A DNA stretch of 50,623 nt from Phoronis australis (Eukaryota > Animalia > Phoronida): assembly GCA_002633005.1 (NCBI GenBank), contig NMRA01001136.1:1-50623 (forward strand). Direction: 5' to 3'. The position numbers and the translations under genes were made by a program. The notes beneath the pieces are model-generated. The model worked only from the letters and a program-made list of their open reading frames with translations. It was not told where the DNA came from and made no database searches. Within the stretch, counting starts at the first letter, position 1. Every line of letters starts with the position of its first letter. Of the stretch, positions 36,707 through 49,362 are shown one piece after another.

Positions 36707-37219
36707 TTTGCAAAACTGCTTGATTTTGTATTCTTGGTTGATCACGGAAATTTCGTTTTCATACTTATTTTGCGCGAGACGTCTCCTGCTGGAAAATTGT
36801 CAGCCTAGCGGCCTGATGTAAATCGCTTATAACGTCAAACTGAAAATATTTCAACGTACCCGAAAGGTGATTTTACTCTGGCTGGCGCCAGAAAGACTGG
36901 AACTGACGACAGTTTTTTTCTTCATAAAATGAAGGCCTAGGAGCCTACTCTTTATTTATATGTGGGTGTGTGTGAGTGTATACTTAAACACTGCACTATT
37001 ATAGACCCCTAAATTAGTGATATTCCATCGATTTTTGCTCAACATTTAATGTTTCCCACTTATTTTCGGATTATCAATCCAGTTTAAACATGTCCTTCAA
37101 GGAATTATCTCAGTGCATTGTAAAGATAACTGATTTTCTGAGCCCAGAATTCTTTGTAGGCCCATAAACGAAATGGACCGTACCTAGAAATGTTGTTCGA
37201 CATCATTCAAGTTAAAGAA

Positions 37220-38620
37220 TTATTACCCCTCAATTTTCTGTGTGGAGGTTAAGTTGATTCACCAAAGAATCCGGATCCGACTACCGGTGTGCCCCCTAGT
37301 GGCAATTTTAGTTTTTTACGCTTACCTTTGTATCTTCAAAAGTCCTGAACGGATTTTCATGAAATTTTGTATATAGGCACCTATTAGTGAGATGACGCTA
37401 TCCTCCCGTTTTCAGATGGATTTGACATAGTTTGCGCCACCTAGTGGCCATTTTTAGCGTTTTCGAGTCTGTTTTTGTGCGTCCACCCCTCTATCAACCA
37501 AACCGCTCAAAGGATGATTGTGAAAATTGGCATGTATATGCTTACTATGTAGAGGACGGTTGACGATGATTTTCCGACGATTTCGACTACTGTGGCGCCT
37601 CCTAGTGGCAGTTTTGTTTTTTTGCGCCTATGGCTGTATCTCCTAAACCGTTCGCAGGATCTTTACAAATTGTGTAAGTATATTTATATGATGTTAACAA
37701 CGGAAGATGACGACTTTTGGTCGGATCCGACTACCGGTGTGCCCCCTAGTGGCAATTTTAGTTTTTTACGCTTACCTTTGTATCTTCAAAAGTATTGAAC
37801 GGATTTTCATGAAATTTGGTATGTAGGCACCTATTAGTGAGATGACGCTATCCTACTGTTTTCAGATGGATTCGACGTAGTTTGCGCCACCTAGTGGCCA
37901 TTTTTACTGTTTTCGAGTCTGTATTTTTGCGTCCACCCCTCTATCAACCAAACCGCTCAAAGGATGATTGTGAAAATTGGCGTGTATGTGCTTACTATAA
38001 GGAAGACAGCTGACAATGATTTTCAGACGATTTGGACTACTGTGGCGCCTCCTAGTGGCAGTTTTGTTTTTTTGCGCCCATGGCTGTATCTCCCAAACCG
38101 TTTGCAGGATCTTTACTAAATTTAGCAAGTGTATTTATGTGATGTTGACAACGGACGATGACGACTTTAGGATGATTCTGATTACCGGTATGCCTCTAGT
38201 GGCAATTTTAGTATTTGCCTCTAGTGGCAATTTTAGTATTTTACATTGACCTCTGTATTTTCTTCAGGTGTGTACTTTGTGTTACTTCGTGACTATGAAG
38301 GAAAAGTTCCAAGTAGAAATTTGTTTCTGGCATTCTAATGCTGTGCTAATCTCGTATGTTGGTAAATTTGTTAATAATTCTATGTTTCTGTGGTGCTTTA
38401 AGCAACTGATGTATAGGATGTGCTTGTATTATGAAGATCACTCACATTTTGCCCATAGCCTATTGAGGAGACAATGACCATGCCTTTCCATTTTGCAAAG
38501 TACAACATACTACATATGTGCCCTCTATTGGCCACTTTATGGTACCAATAAACAACCCTAGAAGGATATCGTATACGGTGCAATTGTGGGCGCATTTCAA
38601 CGCTCTGCGTTGCTCTTGTT
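37220..38620 (+). mobile_element. Second HINE/Helentron-like element with an internal 450-bp tandem repeat
   Basis: 5' ttattacCCCTCAATT, 3' subterminal AATTGTGGG, hairpin CAACGC-tct-GCGTTG (38598-38612) and CTTGTT end. Internal period exactly 450 bp (37281/37731, 37431/37881, 37591/38041). A further partial unit lies at ~38730-38900. Confidence 0.65.
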
Positions 38621-38902
38621 ATTTTATTGTTTCATATCCTTAATAAACCCCATTGTCAAAATCCATGCATTTTAACTTGCCTCCGCCGACCTCTGCAGGT
38701 TTTCTCAGATATTGCATAATGCTTAAAAGCATGATTATGAAAATTGGCATGTATGTTCTTACTATGAAGAGGACGGTTGACGATGATTTCCTGACGACTT
38801 CGACTACTGTGCCGCCTCCTAGTGGCAGCGTTTTTGCACCTATGGCTATATCTCCTAAAACGTTTGCAGCATCTTAACTAAATTTAGTAAGTGTATTTAT
38901 AA

Positions 38903-39874
38903 CAGTGGCGGATCTAGGATATCACAAGGGGGGACCAACATTTTGTCCTGCTGTAAGCATTTGCGCAAACTGAACCACGATTGTAGATGCGCATAGCACC
39001 GAATGGGGGAGGTCGGAAGGGGGGGGTTTCCCCCCTCCCGCCCAGGAACTTTTTCTGTTTTTACCTCTAAAAATGAAGCATTTTCCTTGATTCCTGAAAT
39101 ATTATCCAAGAAAAAAAGGCAAAACAAAAACACGAAGAATGTGTCAAACGGGAAAAACTGAAAAGTACCAAAGACTCGAACTCACAACCAGGCGGATAGA
39201 GCGCGCGTGCGTTACCACTACACCACCACGATCTAACTACTAATCGCGTACTAAAAGACCTACTTGTTTATGGTCCACAGCGTTTGCGCGCGAAACCTAC
39301 TTCTTTTTGTAATGCTTATTACACGTTTTATACTTTGTGCCATCAATTCTTAACAAATTTGTCGTATTTAAAATAGTCTTCAAATGCCCAAAAGATCAAA
39401 TCCGTTTTTCGTAGTGGCAATAATGACGGGATTGCTTTGGAAATCGTCTTAAGATAAGGTTTGACAAAGAGAGTATTTTGTGTTTCTGAGTGATTCACTA
39501 AGGCTTCGATTAAAATTCACATTTTACCAGCAGCTTCTGTTTTTTTGTCGTCACTCAGGTTCCATTTTCTTTAAAAAATGAAGTAAATTTTCTTCACTGC
39601 ACAGTGGAGCAGACGACGGAAACGGGATATCGCGGGAGAGTCTATACTTAGCCATAGTTCCATTACGAATGCGCCGTGTTCCGAATTTGACACTTGAAAT
39701 TGGATTTGAGCCCCCCAACACTATAACTGCACACATTTAAATCTTTTTTCATCCGTATAATTTTAATTACCGGGGTTAATTGATAAACTCACCATTTCCC
39801 TGCGCTCTCACTGTTTTATTTTTTTTGCGGCAGCCAAGGGGGGGGGGCCTGGACCCCCCCTAAATCCGCCAATG
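38903..39874. mobile_element. Non-autonomous TIR element (CAGTGGCGGAT family), ~970 bp
   Basis: Ends CAGTGGCGGATCTAGG and CCTAAATCCGCCAATG, with G/C-run subterminal motifs like the 4458 element. TSD is not clean (TATAA vs TACCA). Confidence 0.65.
39168..39230 (-). promoter_or_regulatory. tRNA-derived Pol III promoter-like fragment (SINE head or pseudo-tRNA)
   Basis: Minus strand GTGGTGTAGTGGTAACGCAC...GTGAGTTCGAGTC has A-box TGGTGTAGTGG and B-box GTTCGAGTC at tRNA-like spacing, but no complete cloverleaf. Confidence 0.55.
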
Positions 39875-42800
39875 TACCAAAAGGTATTTTAAAGGTATAC
39901 TTCTGTGGTTGAATACTCAAAATTTGTGATTTGATGTGATTAATTTTATATCTGAAAGACGATCTTCTTAATACCAGAACCATGATGGTGAACGTGTCAA
40001 CTAGTGTATTTGTCTGTCATATTGGGCTAAGATAAGACTGGAGACCAAAATACAAAGAAAACTTTTCGTGAACACCAAGTCCGTTTTCTGGTCTTGGGTA
40101 TTTAACTAAGACAGTTGAGCATACTGCACTTACACCACCTGTTGCGAATTCACAAAACTAAGCAAGGTGCTTTCAAGAATAGTATTGGTCGTGAAACTCT
40201 AAATGGGGATTTATTTACACTTTGGTTACACTTTTGTTACACTTTGGATTTCGTTTATATGAGAACACCCTGTTATGCCTTGGCTGGAAAATATTTTTTC
40301 ACATGACCAGCTAAGTCGCATGGTCTATGTGAGTTTAGGCCTTAGTCGTTTTTCAAATCGAAAACAGACGATCTTAAATTTAGGGAAATTAGATTGTAAA
40401 TAATATTAACGAAATGTGTTCCTCATCAGATCACAGTGACGCTAGTCATAATTGAGACCAAACGTCCAATCTTAAGCCTTCTCCATCATAGCAGGACTTT
40501 TAGTCCTAGCTTGACTGTAGTAGTCTTTAGGAAGTTCATCGTGAAGCCAGGCTATAACATTTTCGCCTTAAGTTAGCCCGATTTCGGTCTAAGTTAACAC
40601 TAAAAAACAGTTTCATGATGAAACGGGCCTTTTGTCTGGGAAGGATGTCGATGCCGGACAATAGCATCGCATTTGCATACAGCTAGAGGTCACTGTGTCA
40701 TGGTGCGTTCATTGCGATTTTGATCCCAATACACAATTTGACGAGCACAGCGACTGGTTAATTTTGCAGAAAGTGCTGGAGTACACCTTTAAACCTTTAA
40801 AATTTGACCAGTGCTCAGAAGTGCCGTGGCCAGTGAGCAAGTTAGAAATGTATGGTATGCTGATTCGTGTCTGCAACTTGATGTGCACTATTATGTGCCG
40901 ACGACTCCGAGCCTATTGGACTCGGTACCTGGGAGACTATACGGGTGTATTCAAGTTCATTATCCTTAGTGCAGATTTTACCTATTTGTGGCTGACTAAT
41001 TTTCTTAAGAATATATGGTGTGGAAACACAATTTGGAATCTAACATAAATGCTTTATAAGTAAAGTCGTTGTAGCCGACAAGTTTTCATCGAATTTTTCT
41101 CTTGCGTGTTACTCTTATGTATGGTGGTGAACTAACAAGATACTTTGTTTTAATAAAGAGTGCTTTATACATAAAGTAAACTTGATTACTTTTCTGCTCT
41201 ACTCGTCTTCTGCGTAGATATGATTGGTCATTTCATAACTTGTTTTTAAACACCAGGGACGGTTTGCTGTCACAATTACGGGGCAATTGAGGTCAATCAA
41301 GTGNGTGACTGTGATGCTGTTCTGGGATTAAAATTAGGATAAAAACCAATTTAGAGCGTGGATTTGAAAAAAGGGACTCAAGTTTGCAGGGAGCTTCCTT
41401 GAAGCAAGGGGTTGTTCCATCTTTTTTGGATGGGTAGTTCACTAATTCTAGCCGGGGATTCTTGGACAGGTGAATTTTAAACCCCTTAAAAGGCACAGAA
41501 CGTAAAGAACAGACCAAATTGCATTATTCAAAGTGGTTCTCTGCCACTGAAGCAGAAGTCAAACTGTAGACCAGATATTTTCACGTTTGTTCACAAAGAT
41601 TTTGAATTTCTGTTATATCAAAACATTTGCGTTTAGTTTGAAATTTCAAGAAAACAGTTTGGGAACAACTTTTCACTTCGTCGATTTTTCTTCCACTGGC
41701 ACACAGCAAAGCACTCCTTATTCGATATAGCAAGACATTGACGTAGCACATTTCCCTTACATACGGAAAATGTAACTTTTGACCTTTGATATAAACACTG
41801 GAGACTGGCATTGAGGAACCAGTCAGAGTTCTTTGATCGCATGCGCGCATATATATATTAATAGGGGTGGAGAATGGTATTGTGATGGAAAAGTTTTTAT
41901 TTCGCCTTTGGATCTGACAATTTTTTCTAGAAATTGCTGCAATATTCAAAGTGAATGACTCTCACGTTAGCATCCTCAAGAAGTAGATTCACCACGATCT
42001 GTTTAAAAGGTATTTTTACAGTTTTCGCTTCCCATACCTCTTTAAGAGCCATTCCACGAGAAAAAAAAAAGAAAAATCACTCTAAGGGTCATCTTTCAGA
42101 TTCATCTTAAACTTTGTGTATGTGGATCGTGGTGTGGCTTTGATACAAAATTCACCCGTTATTTTGCACTCTTGATTTTTACCTCTGGGCCTTCAGAAAT
42201 TGGCACGTTTTTGCATACCTAAAACAGCAATTTTCTACTCTCAAAACATATGGATTGTATGCAATAGGAAAAACACATAGCAGGATTGGAAAGTCACACA
42301 AGGACTCAAATAAAATTGATACAGACAACATCCCTGCGTCCATCATGTCACCGCCACAGGGGAGATAAGACTGGAGGCTCGTTTAGTAAAGCTGAAAGTG
42401 TGTGCCACTCCAATGCTTCTACAAGCCTGTTTGCGAGGATGTGGACACGGAAAGATATGTTGAATGGATGGATTTTAGAGGTGTGAATAAATTTAGGAAA
42501 TCTCGGCGAATAGGCTATTCATGTTTTAAAAATGACCAAATACTGCATACATTCTACACCTCTAAACGAATACTATTTTGTAACTTCATCACATTTACAA
42601 TAGCTTCAAGTAGAAAGAATTGATAAGAATCAACATTCTAGATACCATAATGCTGTCTGATATATCTGTGCACCATTTCACCCATTGAACGTTAACAACT
42701 GACTGTCATTTTTACAAAAGACGTCGCTCTAGTACACGCTATTGTTGGCTTACATAATAAATGCAACTGCACTGTCTATTTTATCCTCCAGCGTTTTGGT

Positions 42801-44459
42801 ACACTTCTCATTTTTTTTTTGAGTTTTCACCAAAATTAATCCTTGAGTTCTTCAAACATATGACCCGTTTCGTCAACTTGGGAGGTGGCAACGGTGGGCC
42901 TACTACTGCCCGTTATATTCACTGCGAAGTGTTAGCAGGTGTTAAACTGACGGAGCTTAGAAAAACACGTCCGCCATAGGTTTTTATGAACATAACATTG
43001 AGACATTAAACAAACGTTTTAGATTGTAAAAGGCATATTCGGTGTCCAATTTTCAAAATTTAAATGCCTAATCACGTGCTTTCCATGAACTATTCATATG
43101 TGCTATTTACAAATTTTCAAAATGATGATTTAAAAATACTATTGTCACCCTTAATGTGTTTACGATGGTCTCATTATGTAGAGAAGGATAACATCACCAG
43201 TCTGAGACGATTTAATTAACCACAGCAGCAAGGTGTCTTTGATCAGAACCTACAAATTCTGTTGTGCGCACACCGGTCGAGATGCCCAATCTCAACTGGT
43301 TAGGGTGTCATTTCATGTTCCAATCAAACGCCAGGCCTTTGTTTCAATTATTTTGACTGGGTAATCACCTCAGTAAATGCACTGATTACCAAGTGGAACC
43401 AGTCTGAAATAATAATAATAAGTTATAATGCAAAGCAGATAATATATACAATTAAATTGGTAAGAGTATTACAATATATAAAGTACTACATATCAATTAT
43501 ATGAATAAATATGTTATTTCATCCACGGGTTTGTGCACCAGGCTTTATAACAGTAAGTAGTTTATTGAAAGATACCAACGTCTTTCAGTACAGCTTGTGA
43601 AACACACGAGCAAATTTATATGTATTTGTCAAACTTCATAATTGAAATACATAGGTACATGAACTCAAGTGGGAGCATGTGAACTACATTGTAAGCATGC
43701 TCATTCGATACAATTGCGGACTTGCAATCGAATCGATTTAGCGATTGCGTATGTCCGGCTGTTGATCAGCACCAAGCCTACAGGGATTCATAGGTGAAAC
43801 GGTCATGGCTGGTTGACATGGAAACGTCTGCCGGTGTGATCACAGAACGTGCCATGCCTTTAAATGTTACTGCAACATTTTTTAGAAAAAAACACCCCTA
43901 ACCTGCTAGACATAGTATTTCACGGGTAGCGCACTCCACCCCCACACGCCCAAGTGGCCACCACCCTCCGTTACGACGGAAGAAACGTATATTTTTATGA
44001 CGGCAAAGAAACGTAACAAACGCATAAAAGAAGAGATAAGCAGTTTCCAGTCGTTAAAAATACTTGATTGATGTTCGTGATGGTGAATTCAGGACTTGCC
44101 ACACAGTAAAGGGTTTTTAAAAATGCCAGCAAGCCAGGGGTGTATCTCTTGATTGCACAGTTTTCCATGTCTTTAATTGAGTAAATCTGTTGTACATGAA
44201 GTCTTGGAACAAGTATACATGAAATATTGTGCTGTTGTGTTTAATTTCATAACAATGATCCCAAAGTATGCAATAGCAGGACATACTTTTCAGCCAGTAA
44301 AAGATAAGCACCAACAACATTTGAAATCCAAGTTTGTAATTCGTTCAAAAAGAAAGTACACGCTCACATTCCAAAAACAAGTGATTAAAAGTTTCAGAAG
44401 AGTCTAAAAAATAATGTCGTTTTCCAATATTTTCATTGTCTTTAAAATATATTTTGTCT

Positions 44460-46540
44460 AAATTTTTAATGAATGTGATAATGCTTTAAAACTTTCAAAT
44501 GAGATTGGAGCAACAATTTATGAGGAATGACATAAATCTGTTTAATTTGCTGCTTAGCAACTAATTCTATGATCCTCATCAGGAACTGATATCTTCCTGG
44601 AAAGTAATACATCTTTTGTAAATCAGTCTGATCCGATCCAGTGGCGGAGCAAGGGGGCCGTTGTCCCCCCTAAAACTCTCCCAGATTCCATTTGGCAGTA
44701 GCTGATGTAGAACACAGTTTCTATCAAAATATTACTGTTTTTCCACACAACTTGACTTTTCAAATAAATATTTTTAAGTAAATACTCCCAGGACCATAAC
44801 ATATCAGAGTACAATAGGTTGAAAATTTCTATAAGCAAATTCTTATAAGCATAATTAGATTTTAATACTAAACTACCTCCATACTTTCTATACACGTCGA
44901 GGGAATGTATCCCGTTCTTCATTTTTTTTCTTCTCAAAACCGTTTATTCCATTTAATTAACAAGGACGTAAACAAAATGTTGATATCTGGATTACCTCTC
45001 CCCCCCCTTTCCTTACTATTTACGGCAATGTCTTCTAACTCTTGGGGGTTTGTTTTGCCAGATGAAGCCCTGGATAATAATACTTTTCTCCCGATTTTTG
45101 TTGGGAGGCATACCTTTGGTATTCATAAAATGAATTATTTCAGACATAGCAAAGGTTTTGATCACCTCAATTCTTCCCGATAATAAAATATTGCGACTTT
45201 CCATATATCTAATGTTTTTTAAGGTTTTTAATTTTGTCATCATAATTACGGGCATTGTTTTCTTCCTTATTGTGTCCAAAATATATGCCCAAGCATTTGA
45301 TTGGCTTTCCAGACCATTTAAACTTATACAAAATTTCGTTGCCAAGATGGCGACCTTCACACTTGTTTGGGTTTAACTTTAATCCAGAAACTTCCCCGAA
45401 ACTTTCAAGGACGTCTAACCAATTGAAGTCCGTTGTCCAGCCTAAAGAAATATTGTTGTATCGTCAGCATACTGCATTACCTTAAATTCACTTTCTTCTA
45501 TATTAATACCTCTATTTCTAATATAGTTAACCATTACTTCCACACATAAACAAACTAACTGACCTGACAATGAGTCTCCTTGTCTGACAGTTACACCCTC
45601 CTCTTTTAAATTTAACATAGTCAGGGGACAGGTCATTTTTAATCACATGAAGTAGGGTTGTTATAGAGAATGTTAACACAGTTGTTTAAATTTAGGACCA
45701 AAATTAAAGGCATGCAAAGCCTTATGGATAAATTTCCATTCGATAGTATCATGCGCTTTCCAAAAATACGATGTAACCTTGACTTTTATTTAAGTGTGTG
45801 TGCAATAGCATCTATAATTCGTATGTTGTAACCAATAAATCTCCCTTTAGCAGCACTTTGATTAATATGCATCAGTTGCTGCATACAGGTATTTAAACGT
45901 GAAGGGAGGACCTTAGTAATCAATATGAATGTTATTTGTCTCCAGAAAGCTAATGACTGTAATTCGGAGTTATCTTTAGACATGGGTATAAGTTATGATT
46001 CCTCTATTTTTTGAGGGAGACAAACTTCCTACTTCAAAGCTGTATTTAAAACATTAAAAAAAGAACTTAATTTCTTCCCAAAAACGTTTATAAAATTCAC
46101 AACTCAAGCCATCCGTTTCTGGGGATTTGTTGTTCTTAGACATATTGAGAAAATTTGTTCCCAAACTGCTATTATCACTGCTATATAACTTGGAGGAATA
46201 ACCATTTATTTCCTTAATATTATTAAATACTGGCCTCTTTAAGTTGTCCATGCATTTTATCTTGAAGTTGCTTTTTTCCAAATAAGCAAAATATTTGGAG
46301 TTATCTTCCCCATTTCCTATCCATTAAGCTTTACTATCTTTTTTTAATTTTTCGATGTGCAATAATTATAAATTCTACTCTGGCTTTGTCCAAGCCTTCC
46401 ATTGCTTCATTAGTTGAGTTATTCTTTTCTAATTCAGTAGTCAAATTATTTATCAAATGAATGAGTTCTCAATTATTATCATTTGTTTTGTTTTGAAAAA
46501 GTATGGTGTAGTCCCTGTATTTCATTTTGACCATTTCCTA
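44460..46540 (-). mobile_element. Tx1/L1-like LINE relic, duplicated copy
   Basis: VRQGDSLS...FKVMQYADDTTIFL (45442-45636), WRQITFIL...KGRFIGYNIRII (45786-45983), NNKSPETDGLSCEFYKRFWEEI, LSGRIEVIKTFAMSEIIH. Confidence 0.9.
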
Positions 46541-47081
46541 TTTTGTATGTTCATTGGTTATGTTTGTGCATATCTCTGCGTTTCCAATGGCTTCTTGACG
46601 TCACTCAGTAAACATGATGTCATTCGCCCAACCATCAAATGTTCGGAGGCACATTTTCTTGTTGTTAGTCACGCAGGGTGTAACGGTTTGTTGCGGAATA
46701 GTAATGATTAATTGACGTCAGCGACATCTTAGTCAGGAATATTTTCTCTGCAACATTCCAATATAAGAGCCTTCCATGATACTCTAATCAACATAAAGAT
46801 TATAATAATACGTAAATGTAATGAGTCAGTGAATGAATAAATTTGTTTTTTATTATCGTGACTTGTACTCACAGCGTAGGCACAGATCTTACGTCCGCAG
46901 AGCTCCAATCATTGTTATTAGCAATGCTCCTTCATGACATTACTATAATAGACCAAGCAGAAACAACAAAGGAGCTTAGAATTCGTGAGGCTCTACACGT
47001 CAGTTGGTTTAAGCCCAATCTCAATAGGTAACTGGCACACCACAGGTTGTCATTGTTCGTCTAGTTTATTGTTACACCACT

Positions 47082-47250
47082 GTAGCAGTAGTAGTAGTAG
47101 TAGTATTTATTTATTATGGTGACAAATTCAAAAGCAGATTTGATGTATTTGGCAAATTGCCTAAGGAAATATTGAACTAGCAGTTTTAACGTATCTAATC
47201 TACTGAAATCTGCAAAGTTCGGGATTTGTTGTGAAACATTATTAAACAGA
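47082..47250 (-). mobile_element. Possible LINE 3' end with (TAC)n tail inside the PLE relic
   Basis: Minus ORF IPNFADFSRLDTLKLLVQYFLRQFAKYIKSAFE resembles non-LTR ORF2 C-termini, followed by AATAAA and (TAC)n. Confidence 0.45.
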
Positions 47251-47400
47251 ATAGGACCTCCGCGAGTTATAAAGAGAACAATCAAACACACAATGTAGCT
47301 CATCCTCCACAGAACCAGAATCACAACACAAGCAACTGACTGTGTCTGTGTTTCATTACTTGTTGCTGGGCCTAGCGCTAGGTGGCCACTATGTTTTCTT

Positions 47401-47445
47401 CTTCTGATGATGATGTTTCAATAAACGACACCGAAACACGTCAAG
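47401..47445 (+). ncRNA. Minimal type-I hammerhead motif (canonical core, decayed stem II)
   Basis: CUU-CUGAUGA-U-gaugUUUcaauAAACgacacc-GAAA-CAC-GUC-AAG: stem I CUU/AAG and GUC triplet. Confidence 0.65.
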
Positions 47446-47739
47446 TCGGTTTGAATCCGTTGTTTTTATTAACATCCGTCTGCTGCTACTTGCTGTCATG
47501 GAGAATAATTGGCAAGGCTTATAAGACACTATTAATACAACTAGAAATACATTTTTTACGCTTAAATGAAATTTTCTATCACACAAGTTATTCAATACTG
47601 CACTAAAGAGTTAACGTTAGACAATGATTTAACTCCACGCTATAGTAGAGAGGCATACGGTGGGTCATTCTGGCACACGGTGGGTCACTCAAAGTACTCT
47701 TAAGAATAGGGCTTTCTCCAAATGCTGCTGAGAAATGAG

Positions 47740-48200
47740 CCAACAAGGAAAACACATTTGAATGAATTTCGTCAAAAATTTATGGAATTGCAATTTTTCA
47801 TCACTTCTTCATAAGTCAGTTAATCATAACCAACCGCCTTTTTGAGTCGTTAACAACTCTTTCAACCTCCTCAAAAGCGAGTACGATCAAATGTACTGAA
47901 CAAAATTAAGTTTTCAAGAAAATTTTTACTAACCGAAACTTGATGACTATTAATCAAACAGGGAAAAATAGAAATTAACATTCATTAAGCGTTGAAGCCT
48001 TATTCCTACTTGGAGAGCACAAAATTCGTTTCCACAATAACTTGATCAGTTTTAGCATAAACGTTTGTTGGGATTGATTTCTTAGTATTTTGGAGCAAGA
48101 TTATGTGAAATTTCAAAAAAAAACATGGGGTTATCAATTTTCATTTAATACACTTTATTAGCAGTATCTTTTGTACATTTCCGTTTAATTCTTCTGTTAA
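47740..48200 (-). mobile_element. Fragment of another LINE ORF2 (region just before RT)
   Basis: Minus strand FEEVERVVNDSK/KAVGYD*LTYEEVMKNCNSINFLTKFIQMCF matches the EEV...KA.G.D...E..K...L...F..C pattern. One frameshift and one stop. Confidence 0.6.
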
Positions 48201-48390
48201 GCTTGTCAAACTTATTTTACACTACCTCGCCCCGTCAGAAACCAACACTGGTTTCCATTTTGCTAGGACGGGTCTGTAAGCTGCCGAGCATACTTGCACA
48301 ACATTCGCCGGATCTCGCGAGATCTTGCTTTTCTCGCATTGAAATATATTTACAGAACGTGCACGTGCAGTAATCACGTCACACGACTTT

Positions 48391-48826
48391 CAAGGTACCT
48401 AAACTACACCGTCAACGGACTCATAAACAGGGGCACGGACGCATGAACACGACTCACAGACCTGCAAACACCGTCCACTGACTCACAAACAAGGGAACGG
48501 ACTCACAAAACACGACCCACGCACCCAAATACACGGGACACGGACTTATAGTCACGAGGAAACACGGTTAACGAACCGCCAAACACGGGTCACGGACTCA
48601 TTGGCTTTCTGGGTCAGCTGACATCTTCATTTTGTCTGTAAACCGTGTTTGGCGTTCCGTTAACAGTGTTTCCTCGTGAATATGAGTCCGTGTCCCTTGT
48701 ATTTGGGTGCGTGGATCGTGTTTTGTGAGTCCATTCCCGTGTTTGTGAGTCAGTGGACGGTGTTTACAGGTCCGTGAGTCGTCACGGTGTTTATGAGTCC
48801 GTTGACCGTGTAGTTTAGGTACCTTG
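48391..48826. mobile_element. Foldback-type MITE with ~200-bp inverted arms
   Basis: CAAGGTACCTAAACTACAC...GTGTAGTTTAGGTACCTTG; arms contain ACGGACTCA/ACACGG subrepeats; flanks ACTTT/ACTTA. Confidence 0.85.
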
Positions 48827-49327
48827 ACTTAGTATAAACACTTTGATTTCCATTCATTGTGTTGTGCTCATGAAATCTCGCTTCAGACAATTGTAATGAC
48901 AAACACTATTTGTGAAAGTTGGCCATCAACGTAACTTAATTGAATATAAACTTCTTCTATTCACTAAATGTATCGTAGGCAGATTTAGTCTCCTCCAATT
49001 AGAAGCTGCGCCAGCATGCTCTTCTTGGGGCTTCACGCAGACATTTTGGCTTCGAAACTGCTGCCCCTCCCATGGAGACACCATAGATCCGCCATCAGCA
49101 CGGTCTATGTCAGTATTTTGCTTGTTAGTTCTTCCCTGTCATAGGCGGTTACAATGAGAATCAAACGATGTTGAATTTTTAATGGGTGCGAGACGAAGTA
49201 ATTTTCATAGATTAGCCCCAGCGCGGAGCGAACCGGCTGATGCTCCCGCGGTCGCAGTCTGAGCGCGCTATGCTGGCGGAGTCATTAAATCCCACTTGAT
49301 AAATGATAGAGCATTTGAAGAGTATTT

Positions 49328-49362
49328 AATGGGCGGCACACCATAGTGCTGCGCCGCCCATG
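49328..49362. mobile_element. 35-bp micro-element of the CATGGGCG family
   Basis: AATGGGCGGCACACCATAG-TGCTGCGCCGCCCATG equals the two ends of the 18657 MITE fused; 5-bp TSD TATTT (49323-49327, 49363-49367). Confidence 0.7.

Larger units (their letters stand above)
46933..47600 (+). mobile_element. 3' relic of a second Penelope-like element
   Basis: ITIIDQAETTKELRIREALHVSWFKPNLNR resembles a PLE GIY-YIG C-terminus (L.I.EAL.I....P.LN) and is followed by a hammerhead motif at 47401. Right boundary approximate. Confidence 0.7.
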
